Shown: positions 1 to 9,912 of the stretch, piece after piece
Numbering within the stretch: the stretch's first letter is position 1
Layout of the letters: each line of letters starts with the position of its first letter
Origin: an uncultured delta proteobacterium
Lineage (GTDB): Bacteria; Desulfobacterota; Desulfuromonadia; Desulfuromonadales; JACZKF01
Assembly (NCBI GenBank): GCA_963816395.1
Contig: CAWFKQ010000006.1
Location: forward strand, 526 to 64,525
DNA: 64,000 nucleotides
Direction: 5' to 3'
Translations under genes and position numbers: made by a program
The notes under the pieces: model-generated
What the model was told of the DNA's origin: nothing
Database searches by the model: none
What the model saw: the letters and a program-made list of their open reading frames with translations, nothing else

Positions 1-197
1 CCACCGTGGAAAGAAGAGCGCGGGCGCCATCCGGCTGGTTGCGGTAGAACCAGGACTGTGCTCCAGTCCGGGCTCCAGTACTCGTCGAAAGTAACGGCGC
101 CGGAGGCCAGGCCGACCGCCGCCAGGGCCATCAGGCTTGGCAGGAACCAGTAGTTGGAGCGCAGCTTCTCCCAGAGGTTGAAGAGTTTTGTCTTCAT
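1..197 (-). CDS. DUF2254-family integral membrane protein, N-terminal part (gene runs off the left edge); apparent frameshift near 50-60
   Basis: Reverse-strand ATG at 195-197 gives MKTKLFNLWEKLRSNYWFLPSLMALAAVGLA..., a typical DUF2254 N-terminus. After about codon 46 the conserved WFYRNQPDGARALLSTV continues in another frame. Confidence 0.5.
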   Translation of the reverse strand, partial: MKTKLFNLWEKLRSNYWFLPSLMALAAVGLASGAVTFDEYWSPDWSTVLVLPQPAGWRPRSSFHG

Positions 198-259
198 TCT
201 TTCCCCGTCTTCGCCTGTAAAAGGATAACAGGCAAGACGGCGGCAGCCAGCGGACTATG

Positions 260-1131
260 TCAGCCGGCGGCAAATGGGGCGAGAATTTCTTCCAGGTGGC
301 GGACGGGGAGGGAAAAATGACCGTCACCGGGGAGGAAATGCGCCCGGCAACGGGGGATCGTCGCGGCCAGGCGCCTTCCCATGGCGACCGGAACGATGGA
401 ATCCATTTCCCCATGCCAGAGGCGAACCTCTCCGGGAATTGTCTGCAGATCAATATCCCATGGGCGGCAATAGAGGAGAAGATCCCGGCCGCTGCCGCGG
501 CTGCCGCGGCGCAGGGCTTCGCGATAGGAAGCGGTCAGGATTTCCCGGGTCCGCCCCTTGAGGACGGCTCGGTCCGCAGGCGGCAGGCCGGCCGCCATCA
601 GGGTGAAGACCCGCTCCGGATTCAGGCGGGCAGCGGCGGCAAAGGCGCGGTAAACCGCTGCCCGGCTGCCGGGGCGCGGAGGTGGAGAAAGAGGACCAGC
701 CGATTCAGGGTGGACATGCCGGCGGTCGCCCCCGGCCGGTCCAGGGGGGCCAGGCCGCCGATGGTGCCGGCGGCGGTCAGGCGGTCCGCCAGCCGGGCGG
801 CGCAGGCGATTGCATAAGGTCCGCCGCCGGAGATGCCGAGAACCGCGAAGCGCTCCAGTCCGAGGGAATCGGCGAGCGTCCGGACATCGTCCGCCCAGTT
901 GGCCAGGGTCCGGCCCGGCCGCCGATCGGAGAGGCCGATGCCGGGCCGATCGGCGGCGATGATCCGCAGGTTCCAGCGGGCGGCAGCCGTGGCGGCCAGC
1001 TCGGCTTCCAGGCGGGAGCCGGGAAAGCCGTGGAAGAAGAAAACGGGCCGGCCGCGCGGGGCGCCGAATTCGGCGTATCCCAGACGGCGGCCGTCGGGCA
1101 GGCGGAGCTGGCGTTCGGTGTTCGGCGGCAT
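260..1131 (-). CDS. alpha/beta-fold hydrolase, split by an apparent frameshift near 665-700
   Basis: The N-terminal part lies in ORF 622..1212 (MPPNTERQLRLPDGRRLGYAEFG...FFFHGFPGSR...LGISGGG nucleophile elbow). The C-terminal part lies in ORF 260..1387 (...LWHGEMDSIVPV...FLPGDGHFSL). Start chosen at the Met at 1131. Confidence 0.8.
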
Positions 1132-1251
1132 CGTCTCCTCCGGTCGTTGGGGCCGGCAGGAGAAGCATAGCACCCGTTTCGGAAATCTGCGGAGAGGGGG
1201 AGTCGACGGCAAGAAAAAGGCCCCGGAGAACCCGGGGCCTTGGAGCAGACC

Positions 1252-1530
1252 TTACTTCTTGTGGCAATCGCCGCACTTGGTGGGGCCGGCGCCTTTTTCC
1301 TGGTGGCAGCCCTTGCACAGCTTGTGCGCGGAATCCTTGTCCAGCTCCATCTTGCCGGGCTCGCCGCTGGTATGGCAGGTTTTGCAATCCGTCCGCTCGG
1401 AATGGGCCTTGTGATTGAACGTCACATTTCCGTTCTTGGCCTGCAGGGTTACGGTCGCGGGGGCGTCGGCGGCCAGCGCGGGGGCGGCCGCAAAAGCGAC
1501 CAGCAGGGCAGCAACCAGCAGTTTCTTCAT
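1252..1530 (-). CDS. periplasmic triheme cytochrome c7 (PpcA family)
   Basis: 92 aa with a signal peptide (MKKLLVAALLVAFAAAPALA). Three CxxCH motifs (CKTCH, CKGCH, CGDCH) sit in a ~70-aa mature protein resembling Desulfuromonas/Geobacter c7. GGAGGAAA RBS upstream. Confidence 0.92.
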   Translation of the reverse strand: MKKLLVAALLVAFAAAPALAADAPATVTLQAKNGNVTFNHKAHSERTDCKTCHTSGEPGKMELDKDSAHKLCKGCHQEKGAGPTKCGDCHKK

Positions 1531-1662
1531 CTTTTTCCTCCTGAAAATAGGTAGTAAAGAATTAAAGCGAATTACATTTAAATTGATAATGAGAAAAAGT
1601 CAAGCTAAAAAATTACATATATCGTCGGTGGCCTCGCGGGTTTTCAGACACCTGGAACAGCA

Positions 1663-1687
1663 AAGGCCCGCCGTATGGGCGGGCCTT
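1663..1687 (-). terminator. GC-rich hairpin just downstream of tRNA-Thr
   Basis: AAGGCCCGCC / GGCGGGCCTT 10-bp stem with a 5-nt loop, 12 nt past the tRNA 3' end. The U-tract is weak. Confidence 0.35.
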
Positions 1688-1698
1688 GGGCCGAACAA

Positions 1699-1774
1699 TG
1701 GAGCCACCTGCCGGAATCGAACCGGCGACCTATTGATTACGAATCAATTGCTCTACCAGCTGAGCTAAGGTGGC
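1699..1774 (-). tRNA. tRNA-Thr (anticodon CGU), CCA encoded
   Basis: The reverse complement GCCACCTTAGCTCAGCTGGTAGAGCAATTGATTCGTAATCAATAGGTCGCCGGTTCGATTCCGGCAGGTGGCTCCA folds as a cloverleaf. It has a 7-bp acceptor stem, anticodon loop TTCGTAA and T-arm GCCGG/TTCGATT/CCGGC. Confidence 0.95.
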
Positions 1775-1963
1775 GAAAGGTAAGGCACATCTATTTACCG
1801 CAAATTTCCGTTGCCGTCAACTGGTTTCCCGGCGGCTGGCCTCAGGGCCAGGCTTTGCATATTTTTAGTTGGGATTGCTATCGGGGATTGCTGAACAAGG
1901 AGGTCAGCGCCCTTGCTTCTCTTAAGGCTACCGGGGGGCAGGAGCCCCCCGGAGTTGAAGAAC

Positions 1964-3154
1964 CTATTGAGCTGGAAGGAATACGCAGCAGATGATCTCC
2001 ACCCTGCGGTTCTGATAGCGGCCCTCCTCGGTACTGTTGTCGGCAACCGGATTGGACTCTCCCCGGCCGCGGGTGACCAGCCGCTGCGGGTTGATCTGGT
2101 AATTTTCGATCAGGTAGTGCTTGACCGCTTCGGCCCGCCGCGCCGAAAGCTGCTGGTTGTAGGCCGCATCCCCGATCGAATCGGTATGTCCCTCGATGAG
2201 GATATAGGGAACATCCTTGTGCTCGCTGATGAACTCGGCGGCCTTCTTCAAATCCGGTTCGAATTCGGGCTTGATCTCTGCCTTGTCGAAATCGAAGTTG
2301 ATGTGCAGGGTCAGCTTGAGCGTGCAGCCATCCTCGTCGACCAGTTCACCTCGCGGGGTATCGGGGCACTTGTCCCGCGCGTCAATGACTCCGTCGCCAT
2401 CACTGTCACGGGGCGCGACGGCAGCCACAGGGGCCGGCTTTGCTGTCAGGAAGACTTTTTCGACATAAGAGGCCAGGTTGCCGGGGACAGCCAGAGAAGC
2501 GGCGGTAACCGCGAAGCCGCAGCCGCCGGCCCGGGCGACTTCTTCCAGAAATTTCTCGCCTGCAGGGTCGCCCCCGACAGCGATCGTGTAGATGCAGAGC
2601 CTGTCGCCCATCGTCTTCTTGAGATTTGCCGCCGCTGCCGGCGCGCCGGCCATCCCCAACTCGACCTTGCCGTCACTGACGATGATGATCGCGGTTCTCC
2701 CCTGGGTTCCCTGCAAATCCTTTCCCGCAGCCGCAAGCGCCTCGGGCAGAGGACTGTTGCCGCCGGCATATTTGACCCGGTCCAGACCTTGCTGGAGCCC
2801 CGCCCGGGTGTATTTGGTCATCCCATAGACCAGCTCCGTCAATTTTTCCGACTGGCGGGGGTGATGGCCGAAGGTGCGCAGTCCCGCGGTGAAGTCCAGG
2901 CCGGCCGGCAGGCTTTGATTGATGCTGCTGATGACGTTTTTGGCGGTCCTGAAATTTCTTTGATCGTTCTCTTCCATGGTGTAGGAGGCATCCAGAATAA
3001 ACAGGAAGTTCTCCACCTTCGGGCTGTATTGTCCGGCCTCGAAGGGATGAGGGGTGAACATCAGCGGTGGCTCATTGGCCTTCATGCCGGCACAGCCGGC
3101 GAAGAACGCAATGATTGTCGCGCCCAGAAGAATTCCGAGAATGTTTTTGCTCAT
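1964..3154 (-). CDS. OmpA-family lipoprotein with vWA domain and thrombospondin-type-3 Ca-binding repeat
   Basis: Lipobox (FFAGCAG). vWA MIDAS-like FILDASYTM. DSDGDGVIDARDKCPDTP repeat. C-terminal OmpA peptidoglycan-binding motif (GHTDSIGDAAYNQQLSARRAEAV). RBS GAGAGGAG lies 8 nt before the Met at 3154. Confidence 0.88.
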   Translation of the reverse strand: MSKNILGILLGATIIAFFAGCAGMKANEPPLMFTPHPFEAGQYSPKVENFLFILDASYTMEENDQRNFRTAKNVISSINQSLPAGLDFTAGLRTFGHHPRQSEKLTELVYGMTKYTRAGLQQGLDRVKYAGGNSPLPEALAAAGKDLQGTQGRTAIIIVSDGKVELGMAGAPAAAANLKKTMGDRLCIYTIAVGGDPAGEKFLEEVARAGGCGFAVTAASLAVPGNLASYVEKVFLTAKPAPVAAVAPRDSDGDGVIDARDKCPDTPRGELVDEDGCTLKLTLHINFDFDKAEIKPEFEPDLKKAAEFISEHKDVPYILIEGHTDSIGDAAYNQQLSARRAEAVKHYLIENYQINPQRLVTRGRGESNPVADNSTEEGRYQNRRVEIICCVFLPAQ

Positions 3155-3194
3155 GGCGGCAGTCTCCTCTCTGTTAAAATTCATTATGATTGAC

Positions 3195-3222
3195 ATATTA
3201 ACATTGATGCCGTCTTTGTCAA
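3195..3222 (-). promoter_or_regulatory. sigma70-like promoter for the OmpA/vWA gene
   Basis: The reverse strand reads TTGACA-N16-TAATAT, about 40 nt upstream of the start codon. Confidence 0.45.
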
Positions 3223-3421
3223 AAAAGCCAAGCCACTGACTTTTCAGCTCTTTTATCTATTTGACGGCTTGGAAGAAATCGGTCGCCGGGCATCACCGAA
3301 TGGGGACGCCGAGGTGGAGGATCGGCTCCGGGGATGTTGCCGGCCCGCGGCGGTGTTGAGCGGCAAGCGGGAAGCGGTGCGACAGGGGAATTGCCCCCCC
3401 GCGCTCGTTTAGAAGGTGCCC

Positions 3422-3461
3422 CGAAAAGACGAATGGCCCGTTCCTTCACCGGACGGGCCAT
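3422..3461 (-). terminator. rho-independent terminator after the polysaccharide deacetylase gene
   Basis: ATGGCCCGT(T)CC / GGACGGGCCAT stem followed on the minus strand by TTCGTCTTTTCG. Confidence 0.5.
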
Positions 3462-3484
3462 GGGTTCTCGCTATCAACCGCCAA

Positions 3485-4291
3485 TCAGAGGGCCGGGGCC
3501 TGTTTCCGCCCGCTCCCTTCCAGAAGGCGGGCAAAGGCATCCCCGCGGTCGGCATCGAGGACGATATAACGGGGCAGTCGCCTGACATCGCTGCTTGCCG
3601 TAGCATGTCGGCGCTCGATGGTGAAGGTGGCGACGTAGCCTGCCGCCGCGGCCCTGGTCAGCAGGTCGTCATCGTAGAGGCCGAACGGCCAGGCCAGCAG
3701 GTCCACTTCTGTTCCCAGCTGTTTCTCCAGCTTGTCCCTGGACTTGCGCAGCTGTGTCGTCGCCAGCTGGTCGAACTCGGCGGGCGACAGCCGCCGCCGT
3801 TCCTTTTTGAAGTTCGGGTGCCAGTAGGTGTGCGACTGGCAGTCGAACAGGCCGGTCGCCTGCAATTCCCGCAGCTCTTCCCAGGTCATGGCATAACGGG
3901 CGTTGGAGATCGCCGAGGGGTAGATGAAGAGGGTCACCGGCACCTGGTATTTTTTCACCAGAGGCGCCATTTCGGTGTAGACCGAGCGGTGCCCGTCGTC
4001 GGCGGCGATCACCACCGATTTCGGCCCGGGCGCCGGTCCCCTCCCCCGATACCAGTCGACCAGCCGGCGCAGGGGAATCACCGTATAGCCGTTCTCCCGC
4101 AGGTACTGCAGGTGCGACTCGAAGACGGTGGTGCGCACGGTCATGGCATTGGCCGCCGTCGGGCCGAAGCGATGGTAGAGCAGGATGGGAACGGCAACCT
4201 CCGGCTCGGGCGGGAGGGGAGGGGAGGCGGCGGCAAGAGAGGGAAGGAGGAGGGACAACAGCAATAGACCAAGGATGATTCGGCGGCGCAT
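3485..4291 (-). CDS. secreted polysaccharide deacetylase (NodB-homology / CE4)
   Basis: Signal peptide. Motifs ILLYHRF, AADDGHRS and TFIYPSAI...CQSHTYWH are typical of CE4 deacetylases. Confidence 0.85.
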   Translation of the reverse strand: MRRRIILGLLLLSLLLPSLAAASPPLPPEPEVAVPILLYHRFGPTAANAMTVRTTVFESHLQYLRENGYTVIPLRRLVDWYRGRGPAPGPKSVVIAADDGHRSVYTEMAPLVKKYQVPVTLFIYPSAISNARYAMTWEELRELQATGLFDCQSHTYWHPNFKKERRRLSPAEFDQLATTQLRKSRDKLEKQLGTEVDLLAWPFGLYDDDLLTRAAAAGYVATFTIERRHATASSDVRRLPRYIVLDADRGDAFARLLEGSGRKQAPAL

Positions 4292-4523
4292 GGAGAGGAC
4301 CTCGCAGGAGAAAATTTGCCCATCATAGCCGAACTTACGACGATTTTACAATCCTGGAAAGCAGGTCTTTTGTCATCTGATCCGGCTCTGAACGCTGCCT
4401 GACCGGCCGCCGCCGCAAAATTTTAATCAAGCGTTTCCGTCCTGGTAAGAACCTTTGCAGTCCGGCCGCGAATCGAGTATCTTAGGCCCTTTCGGCCCGA
4501 CTCCTCCACCGCCTCCGGAGCCC

Positions 4524-7073
4524 ATGAAAACTTTACGGCCGCAGCATCTCGCTCCTCTGCTCGCCCTGGTCCTGTTCGGCGCGGCCCTCTGGGTGCTGCA
4601 CCGGACCCTGGGCGCCTACCATTATCAGGACGTCCTGCAAGACCTGCGGGCGATCCCCGCCGGCCGTATCGTTCTGGCGCTGCTGCTGACCGCGGCCAGC
4701 TATCTGGTGATGACCGCCTACGATCAACTGGCCATCGTCTACCTTGGCCAGCCGCTGCACCGGGCCAAGGTCACCTTCGCCTCCTTTGTCAGCTACGCCT
4801 TCAGCAACAACATCGGCCTGTCGCTCCTCACCTCCGGTTCGATCCGTTACCGGCTCTACTCCGCATGGGGGCTTTCGGCGGAGGAGATTGCCCGGGTGGT
4901 GGTCTTCACCACCCTGACCTTCTGGCTCGGCATCGTTGCGGTCGGCGCTCTGGTCTTTGTCGCCGCTCCGCTTTCATTGCCGGTCCTGCCCCATCTCCCC
5001 TTCGCCACGACCCGGCCCCTGGGCCTGCTCTTTGCGGCGGTAATAGCCATTTACCTGCTGCTGGTGGTCTGCCGCCGCGAGCCGCTGCGCCTGCGTGGCT
5101 GGGAGCTGCCCCGGCCGGCGCCGCGCCTGGCGCTCGGGCAACTGCTGGTCGGCACCGTCGACTGGCTGCTGGCCGGCAGTGTCCTCTACGTCCTGCTGCC
5201 GCCGGGGGCCGTCTCTTTCGTCGGGCTTCTGGGGATCTTCCTGCTGGCCCAGGTGGTGGCTCTGGTCAGCCATGTGCCGGGTGGGGTGGGGGTCTTTGAA
5301 TCGCTGGTGCTGCTGTTCCTTCCCGGCGTGCCGGCAAGCGCCGTGCTCGGCGCCCTGCTGGTCTATCGTGCCGTCTACTACCTGCTGCCCCTGGCACTGG
5401 CCGCCCTGCTTCTGGGGGGGAACGAACTGCTGGCGAAGCGGGCCGGGGTGGCGCGGGCGGCGCGGCTGGCGGGGCGCTGGGGGACTTTGATGGTGCCGCA
5501 CCTGCTGGCGGCCATGGCCCTGGTCAGCGGGGCGGTGCTGTTGATCTCCGGGGCGACTCCGGCGGTGCCGCAGCGCCTGCACTGGCTCCGGGAATTTCTC
5601 CCCCTGCCGGTGGTGGAGGTCTCCCATTTCATGGGGAGCCTGGCCGGAGCCGGCCTGCTGCTGCTGGCCCGGGGCCTGCAGCGCCGCCTCGACGGCGCCT
5701 ACATGCTGTCGGCGGCGGCGCTGGCTGCCGGGACCCTCTTCTCCCTGCTCAAGGGCGCCGACTACGAGGAGGCACTGCTGCTGGCGCTGACCCTGGCGGC
5801 GCTCCTGCCCTGCCGGCAGCACTTCTACCGGCGCGCCTCGCTGCTCAGCGAGCCCTTCTCCGCCGGCTGGATCATGGCGATCCTGATGATTCTTGTCGGT
5901 TCGGTCTGGCTGGGCCTCTTCGCCTTCAAACACGTCGGCTACTCGTCCCAGCTCTGGTGGCAGTTTACCCTGCGCGGCGACGCTCCGCGCTTTTTGCGGG
6001 CGGCGGTGGGGGCGACGGTCCTGCTGGTGCTGTTTGCCGTGGCCAAGCTGCTGCGCCCGGCTCCGGCCCGCCACGAGCGCCCCAGCCCGGCAGAGCTGGA
6101 ACGGGCCGGGGCGCTGGTCGCCGGCGCCGTGGAGAGTTCGGCCAACCTGGCGCTGCTCGGCGATAAGGCGCTGCTCTTCAACGCGCAGGGAACCGCCTTT
6201 GTCATGTATGCGGTCGAAGGGCGCAGCTGGGTGGCGCTGGGCGATCCGGTCGGCCCCAAAGGCGAGCAGCAGGAGCTGGCCTGGGCTTTCCGGGAACTCT
6301 GCGAGCGGCACGGCGGCTGGCCGGTCTTCTACCAGGTGCGGCCGGAGACGCTGCCGATCTATCTCGACCTCGGCCTGACCCTGCTGCGGCTCGGCGAAGA
6401 GGCGCGGGTGCCGCTGGCGGATTTCTCCCTGAGCGGCAGCGCCCGCAGCGGCCTGCGCTACAGCCACCGGCGTCTGGAGAAGGAGGGCTGCTGTTTCGAG
6501 GTCGTCCCCGCCTCCGGGGTGGAACCGCTGTTGCCCGAACTGCGGCTCATCTCCGACGCTTGGCTGGGGGAAAAGAGCACCCGGGAGAAGGGCTTCTCCC
6601 TGGGCTACTTCGACCCGGAGTTCCTGCGCCGCAATCCGATCGCCGTGGTCCGCCAGGGAGAGAGGATCATCGCCTTCGCCAATCTCTGGCCAGGTGCCGG
6701 CAAACAGGAAATCTCCGTGGACATGATGCGCTTTTTGCCGGGGGCGCCGAGCGGCAGCATGGACTACCTGTTTGTCAGCCTGTTGTTGTGGGGGAAGGCG
6801 CAGGGCTTCGCCTGGTTCAACCTGGGGATGGCGCCGCTGGCAGGGCTGGAGAACCGTCCCTTCGCCCCGTTGTGGAACCGCCTCGGCGCCCTGATCTTTC
6901 GCCACGGCGAGCATTTCTACAACTTCCAGGGCCTGCGGGAATACAAGGCGAAATTCGCCCCGGTCTGGGAACCCCGCTATCTCGCCTGCCCGGGGGGAAT
7001 GGCTCTGCCGCGGATCCTGACCAATCTCGCCACCCTTATTTCCGGTGGGGTTAAAGGAGTGCTCGGCAAATGA
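4524..7073 (+). CDS. mprF: bifunctional lysyl-phosphatidylglycerol flippase/synthetase
   Basis: About 14 TM N-terminal flippase region plus C-terminal aminoacyl-PG synthase domain (...EKGFSLGYF...MDYLFVSL...GEHFYNFQGLREYKAKFAPVWEPRYL). ATG at 4524 with GGAG upstream; the ORF opens at a TTG at 4455. Confidence 0.9.
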   Translation: MKTLRPQHLAPLLALVLFGAALWVLHRTLGAYHYQDVLQDLRAIPAGRIVLALLLTAASYLVMTAYDQLAIVYLGQPLHRAKVTFASFVSYAFSNNIGLSLLTSGSIRYRLYSAWGLSAEEIARVVVFTTLTFWLGIVAVGALVFVAAPLSLPVLPHLPFATTRPLGLLFAAVIAIYLLLVVCRREPLRLRGWELPRPAPRLALGQLLVGTVDWLLAGSVLYVLLPPGAVSFVGLLGIFLLAQVVALVSHVPGGVGVFESLVLLFLPGVPASAVLGALLVYRAVYYLLPLALAALLLGGNELLAKRAGVARAARLAGRWGTLMVPHLLAAMALVSGAVLLISGATPAVPQRLHWLREFLPLPVVEVSHFMGSLAGAGLLLLARGLQRRLDGAYMLSAAALAAGTLFSLLKGADYEEALLLALTLAALLPCRQHFYRRASLLSEPFSAGWIMAILMILVGSVWLGLFAFKHVGYSSQLWWQFTLRGDAPRFLRAAVGATVLLVLFAVAKLLRPAPARHERPSPAELERAGALVAGAVESSANLALLGDKALLFNAQGTAFVMYAVEGRSWVALGDPVGPKGEQQELAWAFRELCERHGGWPVFYQVRPETLPIYLDLGLTLLRLGEEARVPLADFSLSGSARSGLRYSHRRLEKEGCCFEVVPASGVEPLLPELRLISDAWLGEKSTREKGFSLGYFDPEFLRRNPIAVVRQGERIIAFANLWPGAGKQEISVDMMRFLPGAPSGSMDYLFVSLLLWGKAQGFAWFNLGMAPLAGLENRPFAPLWNRLGALIFRHGEHFYNFQGLREYKAKFAPVWEPRYLACPGGMALPRILTNLATLISGGVKGVLGK

Positions 7074-7282
7074 AGCGTGCTTGACCCCGGAACCCTCACC
7101 CTGGCGGCCCACGCGAGTCCGGGAGGCGTTTCCACCTTTGACAAAGATGACCGCCGCGGTGTACAAGAACATGTCGGCGGCAAAGGCCGCGGAAGATTCG
7201 GCCGCGTTCGCGCCTGTGAAGGTACCCTCCCCATGATTCAGCCAGCAACGATGCACTGCCAGCGAGCCCGTCAGCCCCTGGA

Positions 7283-9065
7283 TTGCGCGTGATCAGTATC
7301 CTGCCATTTCGCACGCTGCGCGGGCGGCTTACCCTCCTTGCCTGTCTGGCAACGTTTCCGGCCTTTCTGTTCGTGTTTTATGTGGCGGCGAAAGAACGCG
7401 TTGCCGTTTTGCACCGGGTCGAGACCGAATCTCTCTACGTCGCCGATCTGGCCTCGCGCGAGCATGCCCATCAAGTGCTCGGTGCCCGCCGGCTGCTCGA
7501 CCGCCTCAGCTCTCTTCCCGCTTCCGGCGGACACGGGCGGGGCGAGTTGCCGCAGCTGCTGCCGACGATCCTGCAAGGCTTTCCGCAGTTCGCCAATCTG
7601 GGAGTACTGGAACTCGATGGCAGAATCGCTTTCAGCTCGGTGCCTCCCCCGCGCCAGGTCAATATGGCTACGCTGCCGGTCTTCCAGCGGGCACTTGCCT
7701 CGGAAGAGGTGGTGGTGGGCTCGTACCTCGTCGGGCTGATCGTGGAGCGGCCGATCCTCATCATGGCGAAGGCCCTGCGCAACCCGCGCGGGCAGGCGCA
7801 ACAGGTCCTGTTCGCCGCCCTCGATCTCGCCTGGCTCGGCGAGTTGGCCGAGCAGGCGGGGCTGCCGTCCGAGAGCGCCATGCTCATTGTCGACCGGCAC
7901 GGCAATATCCTGGCGAGTTCTCTCCGGCTGAAGATGGCCCACAGCGTCAACCAGCGCCTGAAGGGATTCGATCAACTGATCCAGCGCCCCCATGTGTTGA
8001 CCCGCTGTGAGACGCCCGACGGTATCGCCCGCCTCGCGGTCGCCACACCCTTGAAAGGGGTCAGCGACGTCTGGGTGATCGTCGGCCCCCCCGAGGCCAA
8101 TGTTTATTCCGCTGCCGATGACATCTATTATCGTGATCTGGCAGTGCTGGCGCTGCTCGCCATCCTGGCCGTCGCCTCCTCTCTCACCGCGACCGACCTG
8201 TCGGTGCTGCGCGACATTCGCCGGCTCGCCGGCGCCACCGATCGCTTTGGCAGCGGCGAGCTGAGCGCCCGGGTCCCGGTCCCGCGTCCACACGGGGAGA
8301 TACGCGACCTCGCCAGGACGTTCAACGCCATGGCCGATAACCTGGAGTTGCGTCATCGCCATGCGATTCGCGCCCAGGAGCGCCTGCGCGCGCTGTCGCA
8401 CCGGCTGCAGACGGCGCGCGAGGCAGAGGCGGCGCGCATTGCCCAGGAACTTCATGACGAACTCGGCCAGGAGCTGAGCGTACTGCGCCTGGAGTTGGAG
8501 CGCCTGCGTCGCAAGGTGGTGCTCGACGATGAGCAGGTGTCGCGGGAGGAATTGGCCGGGGAGGTGGATGAGACTAGGTGAGCGCGTCGACGCGACGGTG
8601 CGCTCGGTGCGTCGCATCGCCTCGGAACTGCGCCCCGGGGTACTCGACCGCCTGGGCCTGGTGGCAGGGCTCGAATGGCTGCTGAACGAGTTCGAACGGC
8701 GCTCGGGGATTGCCACCTCCCTGGCTGCCGAAGGGGTCGAGGATAAGGTGGATGCCGATATCTCCACGGCGCTGTTTCGCATCACCCAGGAGGCTCTCAC
8801 CAACGTCGCCCGCCACGCCGGCGCCACCGCCGTTGCCGCCCAGCTGTCCGGCACCGCCCGCGACCTGCGGCTGCGTATCGAGGACAATGGATGCGGCTTC
8901 GATTCGAGTGCCGAGCCACCCACCCTCTCCCTGGGTCTGCTGGGGATGAAAGAGAGGGCGAGGCGCCTCGGGGGTACATTCGACATCGCCAGCGTGCCGG
9001 GTAAAGGGACGGAACTACAGGTGGCTATTCCCCGCGGCAGTACACGAAAACAGGTTGACGGATGA
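7283..9065 (+). CDS. sensor histidine kinase (Cache-like sensor, HAMP, HisKA_3, HATPase_c), split by an apparent frameshift near 8565-8580
   Basis: ORF 7283..8581 carries a TM segment, the sensor, HAMP and the H-box (AQELHDELGQEL). ORF 8529..9065 continues with VRRIASELRPGVLDRLGL and the N/G boxes (EALTNVARHAGA, DNGCGF, GLLGMKERA). Confidence 0.85.
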
Positions 9066-9075
9066 GGCGCAGCGG

Positions 9076-9702
9076 ATGAAGATCCTTCTGGTCGATGATC
9101 ATGCGATTCTACGAACCGGGCTGAGACGGATTCTCACGGACGAGTTCCCCGACGCCGAGATCGGTGAGGCGGCCGATGCCGATGAGGCCCTGGCCAAAAT
9201 ACAGCGCGAGTGGGATGTGATTCTGCTCGACATCTCGCTGCCCGGGCGCAGCGGCCTGGATATCCTCCCGCAGATTCAGCTCACTTGCCCCGCCGCCAAG
9301 GTCGTCGTCCTCAGCAGCTTCGGCGACCAGCAGTTCGCGGTCCGGGCGCTGCGCGACGGGGCCGTCGCCTTTCTGACCAAGGAGCGGGCCGCCCGTGAAT
9401 TGCTCGATGCCATCCGCACCGTCCTCCGCGGCCGGAGGTTCATTACCGCGGATCTTGCCGAACAGCTGGCATCGCTGATTGCGGCCAAAGGGCCAAAAAC
9501 TCCGCATGAGACTCTGTCGAGCCGCGAGTTTGAAGTCTTTCGCCTTATCGCTTCCGCCAAGTCACCCACCCAAATCGCCGCCGAGCTTAATATCAGCACT
9601 AAAACCGTCAGCACCTATCGGGCGCGCATTCTGGAAAAGATGGGAATGTTCTCCAACGCCGAGCTCATGCAGTACGCTATCCGTCACAAGCTGGTGAACT
9701 GA
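9076..9702 (+). CDS. response regulator, NarL/FixJ family (REC + LuxR-type HTH)
   Basis: MKILLVDDHAILRTGL...DVILLDISLPGRSG...; C-terminal LSSREFEVFRLIASAKSPTQIAAELNISTKTVSTYRARILEKM. Confidence 0.92.
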   Translation: MKILLVDDHAILRTGLRRILTDEFPDAEIGEAADADEALAKIQREWDVILLDISLPGRSGLDILPQIQLTCPAAKVVVLSSFGDQQFAVRALRDGAVAFLTKERAARELLDAIRTVLRGRRFITADLAEQLASLIAAKGPKTPHETLSSREFEVFRLIASAKSPTQIAAELNISTKTVSTYRARILEKMGMFSNAELMQYAIRHKLVN

Positions 9703-9912
9703 CCCGGCTTCTTGCTGTGCCGCCCGGCACAGGCGCTTGTCCCCACCGCCGCACCCACCTACACGCCACACCCTGTCGGGTGTTCCCCTACATCACCGAA
9801 AGCCTTTTCCGATGTTGCTGTCAGGCACCGCCCGCTACCCGGCCCCTGCCTGAAAGCGCATACTTGCGCTGGAATGGCGATAACAAAACCCGAGGCGAGG
9901 TGTAATGAGAGC

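Noticed and set aside
1531-1660. Sigma70 promoter for the cytochrome c7 gene (TTGACT ... TAAATG/AAATGT on the minus strand).
   Set aside because: The -10 candidates are poor at 17-18-nt spacing. The region is AT-rich enough to give chance matches, so I left it uncalled.
4974-7256. Very long antisense ORFs opposite real genes. Examples: 4974..7256, 7271..8986, 14457..15713, 15801..17123, 17127..18623, 19512..21356, 24922..26343, 31427..33604, 34726..35955, 37743..39779, 42707..44212, 44863..46089, 47792..49054, 48936..50192, 55140..56273, 56307..57656.
   Set aside because: The translations are R/G/P/Q/H/A-rich low-complexity strings with no motifs. The opposite strand encodes well-recognised proteins. 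Stop-poor antisense frames are expected in GC-rich DNA.
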